DNA of 63,592 nucleotides, counting the filler, from Choristocarpus tenellus KU-1152 (taxonomy: Eukaryota; Protista; Phaeophyceae), in assembly GCA_964200185.2 (NCBI GenBank). It is 9 parts of 9 records of this genome, joined end to end, with 100 filler letters (N's around TTAATTAATTAA, not from the genome) between each part and the next. Parts side by side here need not be neighbours in the genome. Positions count along the whole stretch, not along the records: positions 1 to 12,190 come from CAXNAD020001931.1; positions 12,291 to 26,661 come from CAXNAD020001211.1; 7 more parts are not named here. The stretch is one strand, 5' to 3'. This document shows positions 1-14,745 of the stretch, in pieces; the stretch's first letter is position 1, and each line of letters starts with the position of its first letter. The notes below the pieces were generated by a model. The model was not told the origin of the DNA and made no database searches. It saw only the letters and a list, made by a program, of their open reading frames with translations. The translations under genes were made by a program, and so were the position numbers.

Positions 1-1489
1 GATACATTAAAAAAAATCGACCCCAAAGGGAAAGAGACAATGAGAAAAGTAAAATGCAGCAGGCAGAGGTGAGCGTGTGCATGTGCCCTAATATGCCTGG
101 GCTGCCTAAGTCAGCTGCTACTTTAGTTTTAAGTATGCCAGTTATCGCAGTTTTTCTGGCATGCCACTTGTTGCCAATAATATAGGTCTTCGTTCCATCA
201 ACCACACCCCCATATGATGACCTGGGTTGATTTGTTGCCCTTCCTTGTATTCCATCCCCCAACTGTGATCCCAATCTTCTCAAAGTCGTCTTGTTGAAGG
301 TGTAAGTTGTTGAACTCCTTCAACAACAGCAGTATTAAAGTAGGACATGACGTGCTCCCTGACGACAGAAGATTATTGTGACCTCATAATTTGCGTTCAA
401 TATCCTGGACAACACAACTCCTTGTTGTGCCGGTGAAGATACTGAGAGCTGTATTTTATGGACGAAAATTGCTTTCTCAATATACCAAGGAGTATATAAT
501 ATTCAATAAGTATTACTCACACCTCCAGAGGACAGTGCATTCATTCCGTGTTATCAACACAGAATCTGATCATTGTCACGTTTTCAGCAACAATCTGTTA
601 TATTGATCGAAAATGCCTTCCCCACAGGGAGCATTCACGTAAGTTCTAGCCTGACGACTTGTCCAAGGTTTACAGCTAGGTGCGATATAGCGTTCTAATA
701 TGCAAACCTCTTGTGCTTAGACATGATGATGAGAGCTATTGTGGTTGCTTTAAAGAACACTATGATGTACTCTGTGTGTCCCCAAGGCTGAGATGTGCGG
801 GGTATGTGATGCAGGATGAGTGCTCGTTTGTTGTTTCGTGTTGCAGGTTTGTGGGTGGTGATGTTGATGTTATTGTACTTGAAATACAATGTTCAAGTGA
901 GTTTGAGTGTACCTGCAGAAAATGTCAATTTACAACTCTGGGACGCGGCTATTTCAATTTCCTTCTTGCCACAAAAGTCAACTCCAGCTTAAACAAGAGG
1001 TATCTCTATCTATTTCTCTTCATAGAAGAATTAGTAGTATGTGCTGAGTAGTATTGTTAAGGCAACTTGTTTTGTGTGGGCTGCCCATGATATTTTTCGC
1101 TTTGGTCATTGTCATACAGTACGGCTTACACCGAGAAGATGGTTATGACCTATGGAAATTCGAAGGATTCTGATGGTTCGATTGACGCAGGTTCTACCTT
1201 GAGTGACTCTGGTCAGTTGTTGATACACGTACCTGAGAACACACACAACGCGGCATCTTTTGAAGTCAGAGTGACTCATTGAAAACCAGAGTGAGATCTC
1301 CAAGGAATCGATGCTTTGGGCTATTCAGTTTTGTGGAAGGGAACAAGGGTGGAATTTCTGATGCATGGTGCAGTTTGTGTATGGCGGGGGAGCTTGTTGA
1401 AGTGAGGCCAAATCTAGTGTTAGGTTGAATGCACTCTGTTGACATTGAAGGCCAATGGAGGGGACCATGTTGTGCTAGTGTGTGTACCT

Positions 1490-1747
1490 GAGTGAAACTA
1501 TCTCAGAGGGTACGATTTTTGCCCTGTTGGTCCATTTGGGGCTTGGCTTCTCATGGGTTTTAAATGACAATCTACCTACTCCAAAATGTTTCAGAGTAGG
1601 TAAAATGTATGCGGTACGAAAAGGAGTGTCCAGAACGTGGATATTGACACTTCCTAACAAACAAGATGGCCAATATTACATCAAAATTGCAACATTAGGT
1701 TTTGGCCCCAAATGGACGCGGCTCTACCCTCTAAGATACTTTGACTC
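1490..1747 (+). mobile_element. MITE family A copy (~260 bp, non-autonomous DNA transposon)
   Basis: Imperfect TIRs GAGTGAAACTATCTCAGAGGGTA / TACCCTCTAAGATACTTTGACTC; internal sequence repeated about 17 times in the window. Confidence 0.9.
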
Positions 1748-4042
1748 GTATGCATTACGAATCATACTCTGTATCTTCAAGAAGAAATGCTCGCGCTATT
1801 TGCCTGTAACAGAACACTGCAACCTAGTACAACATAATGCAATGACATTTTTGTAACATACAGCGGTTGGCCCTATTTTGATTGCTGTGCAGTATGACTT
1901 TGATTGTAATACTGGATGCAAAAGCCAAAATCACAATAATATTCATGCATATCTTTGACCCCCCCTCCACACACTCCCAACATGGAGAGAGGTGAACAGA
2001 ATCTTTCTGATGGAAAATCGAGAAACTCAAAGCCCTTTCACATCATGTACAATCAGCACTCTAAAGAAATTTCATTATGGTCCCAACATATAATAGCCGC
2101 CCCCCAAGAGTCCTTACATAATGGTTAAAAAAACCCTGTTGTTGATCATTTAGCTGCCATAATATAGTTTGTCACAATGCTGTTCCTAATCCATGGTTTT
2201 CTAGACATTTTTGCAAATGCTCTTCAAACAACTGTATTGGCTATATATTCACCCTTGTGTAGTGCACTATCCCAGGTTTTCAAGCACATGTTCCAGGGTT
2301 AAAATTTCCTCCCTTTCTCCTCTTCAAACCCATCCTCATTTTGAATCTGTATCTTGTATTCACCCAGTTCCTGTGTTATGTCTGCAGTTTGGCTTCCTCT
2401 AACAATCGAACTATACATACTCACTTGGGTCCCAATGAATGGTAACAGCTTCCTGCCAACCTTTTTTGAGACTTAGTTTGGGGAAATCAGCACTCCAGTG
2501 CGGCATCTTATACTGATAGGTAGTTTGCAACATACCGCTGTTCTTGTTAACTATTGCAAGCATCAACGACCTGTGTCATTGGTGTGGATGAAGCCCAAAG
2601 ATTCTTCAACATTTATTAATATTCTAAGCACTCCCCTTCCTTCAAATGCTGCTCTGATATAGAATGGTGTGGAACATGTTGAGTCTGTCCTTACCTCTCA
2701 CAGTTCATTTCAAGTCCTGCGGCTGTGCCCTATGTTTTCGATGGTGGGGTCTGCTACGTCACCAGTAGTACCTAGGAGTTTCTGTTGATGTAACGATATG
2801 AATCTTTGTCGTTGACATGTCTCTCACTTATATTCCTTTACTTGTAGTTTACATACTTTATTTTTTGTTTCTGTGGGGAAATATCTATACTAAATGAAAG
2901 CATGACTAGAAAATTGACAGCCCACAAATATGTGGGCGGCCCTCATCTCCACATATGACAAAAGGGAACTACAAGAAAGGATCTCCATGACATCGTTTTA
3001 AACCTTACCTAGTGCACCTTTTGGCCCACGTTCTCTGTTCTTACACTACTTTCCCATATTCATAACATCCTTTGCCTATGACAGTGCTACTTCTGTGACA
3101 ATAGGTCCATTTAAATCGGATGATAAAAGTGTGAACATAATACCATACGTATCAATATCTTGGAGGTTTCTCCAGGATAAATGCAGAGTCTGAGCCTCCT
3201 CCATATCCAGTTGATCGATTAAGTCTTGAGGTGTAACCTTTACGGTTGTACTCTGACATACACCCATCCGACCCAACGTGCCCAAGTTTTTTACTTTCCA
3301 CCACCTGGTCAGGGTTTAGCCCTGTCTCATCTAATTGTAATAATGCCAGGCAGGGTGTCTAAAATGTGAAATGTTACACCTTCCCACTTGCAGCAATGCA
3401 GGAAATGGCTCCTTACAAGACTCTGTCATAGGTGGTAAATCCTTCTTCATTGAACCCCTCAAATTTGATGGAGAAAGTCATCAATTTCCTCCCTCCTGTT
3501 GTTCCTGTCTCCATGTTCTAGTATATACCCTTTTGTTGACAAATGAAATTTGCCCTCCAGCTACAGCCACCACCTTGAACAGAGCTCCTGGAAAACCTTC
3601 ATGATGTGAGCTATTATTGATTTTCATTCTTCGCTATTCAACCTTACGGTCTGATTGAACTCAGATCCTGATGCAAAGTATTGCAACCCAACATTATGCA
3701 ATCAATAGTAGATACAAATTATGTGACGATAAGCAAATGGATGCCAAAATTTCTTTCCAGTCGTATGACTATGAATAAAAAATCCGTAAGTAGGTGAGAA
3801 TATAGTCTCTTGGGGATGTAGAGGTAATTTAGAGTCAAGAGGGACCAGAGTTATTTTAAGCGATAGGGTAACCTCTTCCCTTGGACTTTAAATACTACGT
3901 AGTATCAACACTTGGATGAAGGTCCCACAAAAGCATTATTGTGCTGATCTCAACCGCAAAATATACCATTAGTATAGGCGGCAATATTCCACTCGCCTTA
4001 TCATAAGTAGTAGCAGTACACAGCATACATTGCACTAGCTAC

Positions 4043-4304
4043 TTGTCAAATTATCTTTGGGGGTAGAGCCGCGTCTGTTAGGGAGCCAAAATCCAATTTT
4101 GCGATTTTGATATAATTTTGGCTATCGAGTTTGTTAGGAGGTGTCAATATCCTTGTTCCGGACACACCTTTTCATAACGTACACATTTTACCTACTCCGA
4201 AATGTTTAGGAGTAGTAGTAAAATGCAATAAAAAGCTCGTGGGAAGCCAAGCCCCAAACGAACTAAACAGGGCAATACTCGTACCCTCTAAGATACTTTC
4301 TCTC
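4043..4304 (-). mobile_element. MITE family A copy
   Basis: Reverse-complement match to family A; right end TACCCTCTAAGATACTTTCTCTC, left TIR degenerate. Confidence 0.88.
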
Positions 4305-7300
4305 TACCATTTTTCAATTGTTCGAGGATCTCTTTCTACAACGCCAGCTGCTGTATCCATGGTGTAAGTCGGGAAGAGTGTACTTCCTCCAACGAATTTG
4401 TCCATTCCACACCAAAAACATTATGTGCCTTTGATATGGACGCTGTGGCAGGTCAGGGAACAAGTACATGGTGAATGGACGAATGAGGGAGTCATCGACG
4501 AAGATTGCAGTGTTTTAATCACTTCGATCAAGGTTAAATGGAATGAAGTCACAACCATTCTTACTGTGAGTGTTTAGCAAGAACCATCCCAGCAGTATCG
4601 AGAGCTCATTACTTTTTTTGCTAAGAAAGAGATGGGATTCTTATTTCTTTGGAGGTTGCAGTATTGTCTATATATAACATTGCTCTGTATATTGACAGTG
4701 CATCTTAACAAGCTGTTGAAAGAGGGGAGTACTAGCGGCATGATGTATTGCTTCTTTAATGATTCACTTATTGGTCAACTCTCGACTAGGAGGGAACTAC
4801 CAGGTGTTGAGATGCTACTGTGGGGCAGTCAGTCGCACAGCTGACTGACTTGGTAATATTGTGATATCTCAACACCAGACAGGAACAACTCCGAAGTTTA
4901 TTTTGTGTGCTCCTTTCGTGCCACAGAGGGGATTTTCATAGGGGTGACGTCAGCTAACACAGAGGATAGCCTTTCTTAGTGCCAAACAGCATCTTCTTGA
5001 TAATACTGTTCTGTTTCCTCGTTATTATTGGACTTTACATTACTATGTTTTTTTTAAAATAGATCACATCATTTATCATCGTGGTCAAGTATCCTCAATT
5101 CAGTAATTATCTGAGTTTCATAATTTCCTGCTATAATCTCGACAGGGCCGTTACAAGGAGGAAAAAAATATCATGGAATGGAATTTAGAAGATTGGAAGA
5201 CAGGAGAAAGGTACCATGAATGGAAGGGCGGAACCCTACAGTTCAGCAAACGGAGTGCTCTCTTGAGCGCAATGAAGCTTCAGTTACTGTGAAGTCCATG
5301 TTCATCCTTGCCAGACACAAAGAAAACTCTGACTCTTGTTTTGAGTGCATGCAGCATGAAACTATTAATAATCAAGTTATAGTGCTATCATACTTTGTAC
5401 TGAAAGGGGAAGAATATGAATGAGAGGTCCTGCTTGATGAAAAATACTGTGCATGTATTTGTTGCTATCCAAGATAGTAGTAGGAGGCAGAAATTCACTG
5501 ATGTAGAAGATGATTTCTAGCTGACGTTGTATTGTACTTTAAAAATTGTATCAGTTGATTTTTCTTGATCTCTATGTTGTCTCATTGGGATGCAGGTCAC
5601 AGCATAAAAATGACCAAAAGGAAGAGGGTCTCAACCCAGAGGAAACTTGGGAAAGCATTAAGAAGAGGCTGGACTTAACCTTGATCAACAGTGAAAGGGC
5701 CTTCAATGAAATACCTGGAATGATAACAAAGTGTACCTATACTATGAACTCCATATCTACGCACTTGTGTTGAGGCAATGGTTCGTATTCTCCCTGTGAC
5801 TCGTGCAATATTGCTTAATGTCATGATTGACACCCTGCCTAGGCGCTCTGATGTCTCTTCAACATTGACACAGATGTATGGCACTTACGACCTGAATAGT
5901 GGTAGCTCTAGTGGTAAACCCCTAAGATTATACCAAAAACGTGCTTGGCCTAAAGTTGCCTCCCATAAAGCTATGTGAACGATAGGAGTGTGAGGAACTA
6001 CTGTAGTATAGAGGACTATAGAGATGTGTATCTGAATCCTGGTCAGTCCTGACCCTGATGTTGCTTCTGCCCTTCCAACGCTCACTTTTAATGCATGGTA
6101 CAACTCTTAATCTTGTAAGAAGTTGGTTTTAAGTACATACTGACCTGACCACAACGCGAGATGTGCATACCCTGACTCAGTCGGGATAATCAGTCTCAGA
6201 ATCCCCCTGATATACTGTTTAGACCCTTTAACTTCAATATTGAAATCTCTGTATATATTCTTGTTCTCATGTTGATACTTGCATCTTGACTATTTATCCT
6301 TTCAATTGTCACAAATTTTATTGTTACAACAATTCCATCAGCATCTCTTCTAACAATTTTTATCCAAAGCAAAGCTTGTCACCATTTCCCTTGTCTAACT
6401 TTAGTTATAAATGATCTGTCTTGATAACCTCCATGCAAGGTTGAATACGGTCCATAATGAACACATGATTTCTCCAGTATCTCAACTATTTCGTTGTCCC
6501 AACAGTATTTGAACAGCCCTCTCATTCTTGTGAAGATATTTGATACTTGGTGGGGTGATTGTGGGCTTCGCATCTCAACACTCCCCCATTGCAGGGATGA
6601 CCTGATAAACCCCTTCGATACCTGGTCCAATATATCAGTGGAAATCTACGAGGCAACTTTGCGTGAGCCAAGGGACCGTGTCTACCTGCAAAGACTGAAG
6701 GCTAGTATAGATAACGTGATCATGGAGGTAAGGGTGGCACTCGTTTTTCCTGATCTTTGAGTGCATTTACCTGATGCTTGTCATACACTACCTCTGTGGA
6801 TGGTGTTTCTGATAGAGCAGTCCTTTCTGTTGTTGTGTTTATTGTATTGTTTGCATATGGTACTTACTCTTCTCAAGTCCCTAGTATGTCATTGGGGTTT
6901 GTTACCTCCTCCCCTTTCTACTCACTATTTTACCTACAAAAACAATTCTTGCATACACAATTCTAAATGGAATATGTATTGTTGAATTGTACAAATTGTG
7001 TGACTTTTATCAACCCAAAAAGACAAGTTCCCAGGCTGTACCAGTTCCAATTTTCTTTGACATGTCGAGATTAAGGCTTGTCAGAGATGTAACTAGTCCA
7101 TGTTCCAGGCTTGCCTATATGGCATGTTAAATAATAGATGGAAGGAACACATCATGGTCAGATTTTCAGTGCTTTCACCAAAATGAGTGGATCGAACACG
7201 AAGACTCATCTTGACCTGGCTGATCTGGTTAAATTACTCCAATATATGCAAGTTGCATGTGTAGGGTTAGGGCAAGGATTGCAAAAGGAATCTTGAAAGT

Positions 7301-8520
7301 ACTCCAGAGAACTGTGTTCTGTCATTTTTAACAAACAACCCATGGAATTGGGTCATTCTATTTTAAACGATTAGCTGATAAGTCCAAGACCCAAGTTCAG
7401 CCAGTAAGATGGAAATGGTGGTGAAGGCAACTCAAGCACTTGGACTGAGTCCATGCTGAAGACGAAACAATTTGCAATCCTCACCTGCCAACGAGACAGC
7501 AGACACAATGCTGGTACATTCTTCGGGTTAGAGGAATACTTTGAAATAGTAGAAACTAAGAAATCCATTTTCTTTACTTAGAGACAGGATCAGTAATAAG
7601 ACGCTGATGATCTCATCAATAGGAGGCCCGAAATATCTGGGGCTTCTTCTGTATGTACAACACCAAGTGCTATATGAACAAGTGTATCGCTTCAGCTTGA
7701 GATCCAAGTGCTCAACACTGAGTGAAGCGCCCGAGGTCCCGTTAATGTATGCTTGTGCGAGATGAACATCCCCCCAGGTTCATTAATATGTTAAGGGCTC
7801 TGTTCCCATCATCATCACAAATTCCCCCTGCAAAGCATCGGATTTTGAAAATGGAAACGCATCAATCACATTCTTTCATGCAAAAATATTCTTCCTTATA
7901 AAGACTGGATGTGACAGAGTCTAGGAGACTCTGCAATATAGGAGGTTCTTATTCGCAGGGTCAATTGCACGTAGGGGAGATGAGTGTATACCAAAGGAGC
8001 TTGCATATTTGAGGAACTTGTAGATGAAACTCTGAAGTAGGGTGGACCGGAGAAGTACCGGTTCACATGTTTTGCAGCATGATGTCGAGATCATGGTCAT
8101 ATGCTGGAGAAAAAAGGGAAAAGATCTATGTCATATGCGTATCTGGCTTGTTTCATGGACCAGTGGCATGCCAGAGAATTCATATAGATGATTTTGTGTA
8201 CACCATGCTATGATATTGCATCTAAGGCAGCTGAAGCAGATAAGGGTGAATACATGCTCGCTCACTAGACTCCTACTGTTTTTGAATGTTGCTTTTCTCG
8301 TTATATCTTCTTCAAAATAATATACAACAGGCTTGTCGCTCCTTTTTATATTATACTATGTGTTAAGTTGTGTTCAGGATGGATCGAAGGGAATGTTACC
8401 CTGAGTTTCTTTTCCCCATTGGAACTTATCCATGCTGACAGTATCAATAACATTATGCCCTACTTTGCTATATTTTTGTGCCATTGATTAAGTATTGTCT
8501 AAGTCCTGGCTGGCAATAAA

Positions 8521-8712
8521 TGTTCAAAGTATCTGGGGGGGGTGGCGATTGTGGCGATTGTCCATTTGGGGCCAATTTTTTCATGTCGCGAGTTTTGAAT
8601 GATTTGGTTGCATACGTCGGATGGATAATGTAAATGCACTTTTCCTGATTTTGACCCAAATGGATACCCTGGGGTAGACCCCCCCCACACACACACACAG
8701 ATACTTTGGGTC
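8521..8712 (-). mobile_element. MITE family B copy (~190 bp, G/C-tract flanked)
   Basis: TIRs TCAAAGTATCTGGGGG / CAGATACTTTGGGTC; internal GTCCATTTGGGG ... CCCAAATGGA; similar copies at 12001, 24046, 29097, 32116, 32877. Confidence 0.88.
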
Positions 8713-11700
8713 TAATAGCTAACATCAATTCCACCTCTTTTCCTTTTTCATGTTCTTTACAAACAGAATATTGTACTTTTTTGAGAATTGTTATGTTGCT
8801 TCTCCTATAGCTACCTTTTGACCAGGGTTTGAGGTACCTCAGATTAGTCAGGGCGTTTCACCAGGCCACCAAATCAAAATAGTCCTGTTTGCCTGCCGGC
8901 CTGTACTCAAAATTATCTGACATGTCCCGGTCTATGTCCATAAGTATTGAACCAGCCCACGTCTCCACCGCCCAAACATGATATCACATACTCAACATAT
9001 TCGGACCATATCCACTGGGTATTTTACCGATCCGTGTACGTGGCCAGACAGGGTCTATCATTTTCTGACATGTCCAGACCATCTCTGCTGTACCGTCTAA
9101 TTTTTCTCTGGCATTTTAAGAGCATGTCCACTACGTGTTGTACTAGTCCAACTGTCTACCACTATACGAAAAATGAAAATTTGTGCAAAATGTCCAAGGC
9201 TACGTTTTATGTGGGTAAAGACAGTACTCCTTCCAATTACCTCTGAACTTTATTGGTTCGAAATCATGAACTACATACCCGTATGTTGTGGAATGATAAT
9301 GTCAGGGGGCATGGAGATGCGGAAATTATTTAGTACGTACTCTTTACCTATTTGGCGATGTAGTAATATCATTTTTGTAATGGTATATATTATACATAAG
9401 AATATGTATAAATTGAAATAGAAAGCAACCAACTATAATATCACTCTATGCCCTCTCATACTTTGCAGATGTTTGAGGGGGAAAGTCAAACCAATATCAC
9501 AGAGACCCCCGCAAAAGTAACAGTTGTCGTAAAACGTGAAAGATATCTCTCCAAAGACCGTGTTCTATTTGAATCGAGTATAATGCATTTACTATTAATT
9601 ATTTATTTACAGCATTAATACTTCGAAGTAGTAGTATAGGATGCAACATTGTCCAGAGAGTACATTGTTGACTTTGGATACATGGAAGGTAAACCAATTG
9701 GTTTTGTAGCTATTCAACCAACGCATTTGGCTGGCTGTTTTAATCATTGATGCTTCAAGAAAGGAGGCAGCTAGGTTTATACTTTAGTATATTAGTAGCA
9801 CTATAATTTGTATTTACATTGGTCTAGAGTATCCCGGAGCGGTGGTCGAAACATATTAAGAGAAGGCAAATACGCACACTGCTATTCAGTACTGTGTTCG
9901 CGTCATCTCCTGGGTTCCAATCTCCAGTATTGCATGTTTCATCCCTTTGTTTAATTTAGGGGCAATGATATGATATGAGGTGCAGGTCATGGAACAAACT
10001 ACATTTCCACCCTCACTAATAATAACCCTATTATCAACATGTATATAGTAACAGTGCCCCTTATCCCTTAAACTTATCTGAATATATTTCCTGCCTATTG
10101 TTTCATTGTCCCTCGAAGCTGTTAGAGCGACTACCACATAGCGTCAGTGCCTTTGGAGCTGAGCTTGTGGGAGGCGATCCGGAACTAAATGCTCGCAACC
10201 CTTCAGCTACAAAGCTCTTGGGCTTCATTGTCTTGGTGAAGAGAAAGTTTTGGATACATCTCAAAGACCATCATGGGTTATGATTTCATATGAATTAAGT
10301 GTAAGAGTTACAATCTGTATCCTCCATGCCTTTTCCCTTGATCTTTGTATGTCTCCCACAGAGTTTTTTTTTCTGGGTCACTACGTTCACTGCAGTTGGA
10401 TTGTCGGGTCTTTCTTTCTGCAAGTAGGATAGAGGTATAGTGTTGAAGAAAGACACCTTTATAGCTGTCGACCATCTCCACTCTGCTCTGGAGTCTTAGT
10501 CATGTTTGCCACACACCGTTTTTTTCACAACCTTTCCTATATAGTATTCAGTACTAATCTGTGGTGCCTACTGCTTGACACTGCAAAGGCTAATAACCTG
10601 ACACTCCCCTGCCTCCTTCGTGTTTCAGCAATCCATCTTCGAACCCAGCATGTCCTGCACATCACCACAAATGGCATGGTGAGAGCAACAAAACATGCTC
10701 ATCAGGGGGGGGAGAGTTTTCATTGATCGCCTGAAACATCTACTAACCCAAGCAAAGTTATTTTGAAAGGCATCTTAGTACAGTTGTAAATACTCACTTT
10801 GACCTTGCATGTTTGTTGTTTTGGCTCTATCCACAACCAGTCCAAACCAAGTTGGATGCGGCCAAATCAGTGACAACACCTTGATCGGAAAAATGCTGCA
10901 CCTAGAAAAAGAAGGCATTAGGATAAATAGCATCTGGAAGCAACTACACTCTAGTCAAGGAACCAACAATCTGTTCCACAAAAATATATCAGTTCAGTAC
11001 ACTTGAACACTTGAATACTCCTTGATTTCCACCTCTTATCATATGGCAGCTTTGAGAAGAAAGGGACCATTTTCTGGTCCCTCCAGCGAGAAGTCAAGTC
11101 TCTCTCATTCATCAACGCCCCCCTAGTGAGAGATCTGGTTGAGATAGCATTCTACCAGGGATTGCCAAACCTCCGTGCGATACACTGGCAGTTAACCACG
11201 GAAGGGAGCGGAATTTCGAGTCAGCTCTACAGTTACAATGCAAAGATCGAGAACTGGAAGGATTGGGGCTTGTGGGGGGAAACACTTCTCAAGTGAGGGA
11301 GGGAGGAAACAATTAAGTACTGATCAATTAAAAAATAATATTTTTGTTGAGGAGGCCAACTCGAAATACTTCAGAGGTCTTTATGTATGTCAATCACAAT
11401 TTATTTTCTAGGGTGGGGTTACTTCCCAGGTGAAAAATTGGATTATGTCATGCCAGCATTGTGGAATGGATAATGGAAAATCTGCTTCACATTATATTTT
11501 TTTCAAGTTAAATGGAATGGAGTGCGATATACCTTCTGTTCACACCAAATCTTGTGGTATGACTGTTCTTTTTGGTTGACATGGCTTCATTACATTGTAC
11601 TGGGCACACATGACATGAAACACCATATTGCTACAGAGAGGACACTGCACTGGTCAAGGGTTAAAATTCATGTGCCAAGTGTGCCAAACTTTATGCAAAA

Positions 11701-12000
11701 CTGAGGCACCTTTGACACCATAGTAGTGTAGCTGTAGAAGTAGGAGATTTGGATGTGTGATGCGCCATGATTGTGTGAGTTAAAGAAATGTTTTGTCGTG
11801 ATAGGAGAAAAGCTCCAAAATCAAACCTCATTCCACTTCCCATTTAGGATATTTTGTCTATATCGTGCTGCACTCTGAAGTTAGAAAAGCACATATATTC
11901 TGGGTTAGTACCTTGTATACTTACTTGGCAGCTTTCAGGAAATGTGGTTGGATTGTGCCCTTTTGGGGGGAGAGGGCTGGGGTTGAGGATTGGAATAAAA

Positions 12001-12180
12001 GACCCAAATTATCTGGGGGGGGTGGGGGTCTACTCCAGGGGTGTCCATTTGGGTCAAAATAAGGAAAAGTGTGTTTACATTATCCATTGGACATACGCAA
12101 CCAAATCACACAAAAAATGCGGCATGAAAAACTTGACCCCAAATGGACAGCCGCCACAACCCCCCCCCCCCCCCCCAACA
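12001..12180 (+). mobile_element. MITE family B copy, truncated at contig end
   Basis: GACCCAAATTATCTGGGG start, family B core, ends in a poly-C tract just before the linker. Confidence 0.85.
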
Positions 12181-12190
12181 CAAAAACACA

Positions 12191-12290
12191 NNNNNNNNNN
12201 NNNNNNNNNNNNNNNNNNNNNNNNNNNNNNNNNNTTAATTAATTAANNNNNNNNNNNNNNNNNNNNNNNNNNNNNNNNNNNNNNNNNNNN
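12191..12290. other. Artificial contig linker (N44-TTAATTAATTAA-N44)
   Basis: Identical 100-nt spacer with a six-frame stop core recurs at 26662, 32755, 38305, 41938, 48702, 51712 and 59553. Confidence 0.97.
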
Positions 12291-12855
12291 CCCTCTTCCC
12301 CTCCCCCCACCCCAACAAAAAAAAAAAACGAACGGCTGCCAGTGTAATTCACCAGTGTGCTAATGTTCATTGAGTGCGCAATATTTTATGGCTGTTACAA
12401 CTACGACAGATTCGCTTCTTGAACAGTTATATCTATAGTCTCAACTGCATAATAACACTGATCCCCCTCTCTCCTCCTCTATCTAGCCTCTGCACTAAGG
12501 GTGGATTTCAGCAATCCAAGGAACATCCAATCAGAAGGATGAGGCACAGGGTTGCAAAACTGATCATGTCTATTGTTGTACAACTCTGGAAAAGAAGAGA
12601 CAGCACCCCATGAAACAATTGCAGAGATACAGAGTAGACGAGACACCTGGGAATACATACCATCATGGTAAGCGGCATTGGAACCCCATGCCTTCCTCTA
12701 GCTATCCTAGTGACCAGCCTCAACACATCTCATCACCCTCCCTGAAAAACACCGCAGAACACAAGAGCATCCAATCATTTTCAAGACTAAAACTAGGCAC
12801 CACAATCACAGAGTGACTCTAGACTACTAGTAAGCAAGCAGGTCCCTCAATGAAA

Positions 12856-12856
<1 letters not shown>

Positions 12857-12893
<37 letters not shown>
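12857..12893. repeat. (CA)n microsatellite
   Basis: Direct dinucleotide run. Confidence 0.95.
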
Positions 12894-12899
<6 letters not shown>

Positions 12900-12977
12900 T
12901 GCACCATGATCATCAGAACAGGATGTTGTGCTCGAGCAAAGAATGCCTCTAAATAAAGATTGACAATTTCCACTCAC

Positions 12978-14745
12978 TTGTCCCCGGCGTACTTGACTCC
13001 ACTCCCCTTAGAATAGTCTCTCGCGTCCTCGAGCACCCAACGGATTGCCCTGTTCTTGACAACATGCCTCTTGAGTGCAGGTCGGTCAAAGGCATCCACC
13101 TTCGCTGGCCCAGCGTAGTCTTCGTCCTTTTCAAGAATGGGTGAATAAAAACATGCAATCAAATGAAAAGTACACACACACACACACACACCAGAATAAT
13201 GAAGCGAAGATATCACAAGGCAGAGAGTTCATAGAATGAGGGTGAAAAAGAGCGATAAGTGTATTGGGAGATGCAAGCAACTGCTGAATGATGTGGAGTA
13301 GTGCCCACGGGTATTACTCGGTACAAAGATCAACAAGGCTCATGCAGCGAACACCATTTTGCTAGCAAAAGGAAGGGGGAGGGGTGGCACAGAGGTATTT
13401 GCAAGCCCCTCATGACTGCAGGAAACACATGTTTAATAAGTGGTTGTTGGTCCTTCCTTGACTTCAGTGGTTTTTGTGCTGTCTGAGTTCGGCTGAATGA
13501 AAAATGTTCTGACTGATGACAGTCAAGCAATTTTTTTTTCATGTGCTTTGTTTCCTCACACCACAAAGCTTGCCCTTGGATACCTATCTATACTCTCACA
13601 AAAAAGGTCTAGATTTAGAGTGTCAAAGTTACAAATCAGAGAGCATGGAAGCAATCACTATCACGGCATAACCACGGACCAAGGGACAGTGACATCGACA
13701 TAGTTCAAAGAACTACGAAAAATATTCTAAATAATGTTGTGTTGAACATGCCCTGTTGAGGCGACAAGGTTTCTTGTGCAAGGAAAAATAAGGTTGCCGA
13801 ATGAGCCAAAGCATCTTAGAGGGTAGATCCGCGTTCATTTGGGGGCCAGAATCCAATGTTGCGATTTTGATATAATTCTGGCTTTCGTGTTTGTTGGAAA
13901 GTGTCAATATCCTTGTTCCGGACACACCTTTTCAGAACGTATACAATTACCTCCTCCGAAACATTTCGGAGTAGGAAAATGTCATAAAAAAAACGTGGGA
14001 AGCCAAGCCCCAAACGGATAAACAGGACAAAACTAGTATCTCCTAAGATGCTTTCACTCGAATCTTTTGTCAGACTAGTGATACACGAAGATGTTGATAA
14101 AGCATGATACTTCGAACTCCCCTCATCATTTCTTTGTTGCGTATTCACAGACGTCAAGGTGAAAATGGGCACAAACATAGTAAAATAAAGTAAACGGAAT
14201 CATCACAGTAGAGTGGGAAAGATGAGGCAATACTTGATCAGGGTCTAAGCAGGCCTAGCAGAGGTGTCGTGTGGATACGTACCTCACTATGTTCCTCTAC
14301 TTCTTGCTCGCGATAAAGGTATGCAGGCTTCTTGAACGCCTCACGATCATTGAATGGGGGAAGCCCAACCTATCATAAGTGACGATAATGCAAAGGAAAA
14401 GAGATGGGTTTTCCAATAAGGCGGAGGGACTGCACTGGAAAGAATGGGATCGGGAGTGGGGGGAATGCTGCGCAAACGATCAAATGCAACAGTACTCGAC
14501 TTTCACCACCTCTCCATTGAGGGTGTTGATGGTAATGTTGCCATAAAATGCACACTGTTTCATGTTTCTGACGTTGGGGATAACGTAAGTCATAGAGTGG
14601 GTCTTGTCTTCGTCAACCCACCTTCTCCTGCCCAACCCACATGGGATCAAATCTGGCTATGTTGCAAGGGGGAAGACGGGGTCCCAGTTGCAGGGTCCAT
14701 GAGGTCTCCTCCACCGAAATTATTTCCCCCTCTTCAGAGGATTTA
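12978..14745 (-). CDS. Hypothetical spliced protein gene (partial), divergent from UBL5
   Basis: Phase-compatible GT-AG exons 14745-14622 (KSSEEGE...WVGQEK), 14369-14283 (VGLPPFNDREAFKKPAYLYREQEVEEHSE) and 13126-12978 (DEDYAGPAKVDAFDRPALKRHVVKNRAIRW...); no family recognised; start and end not located. Confidence 0.5.
13803..14059 (-). mobile_element. MITE family A copy with GAAT target-site duplication
   Basis: GAAT|GAGCCAAAG...CTTTCACTC|GAAT. Confidence 0.92.
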
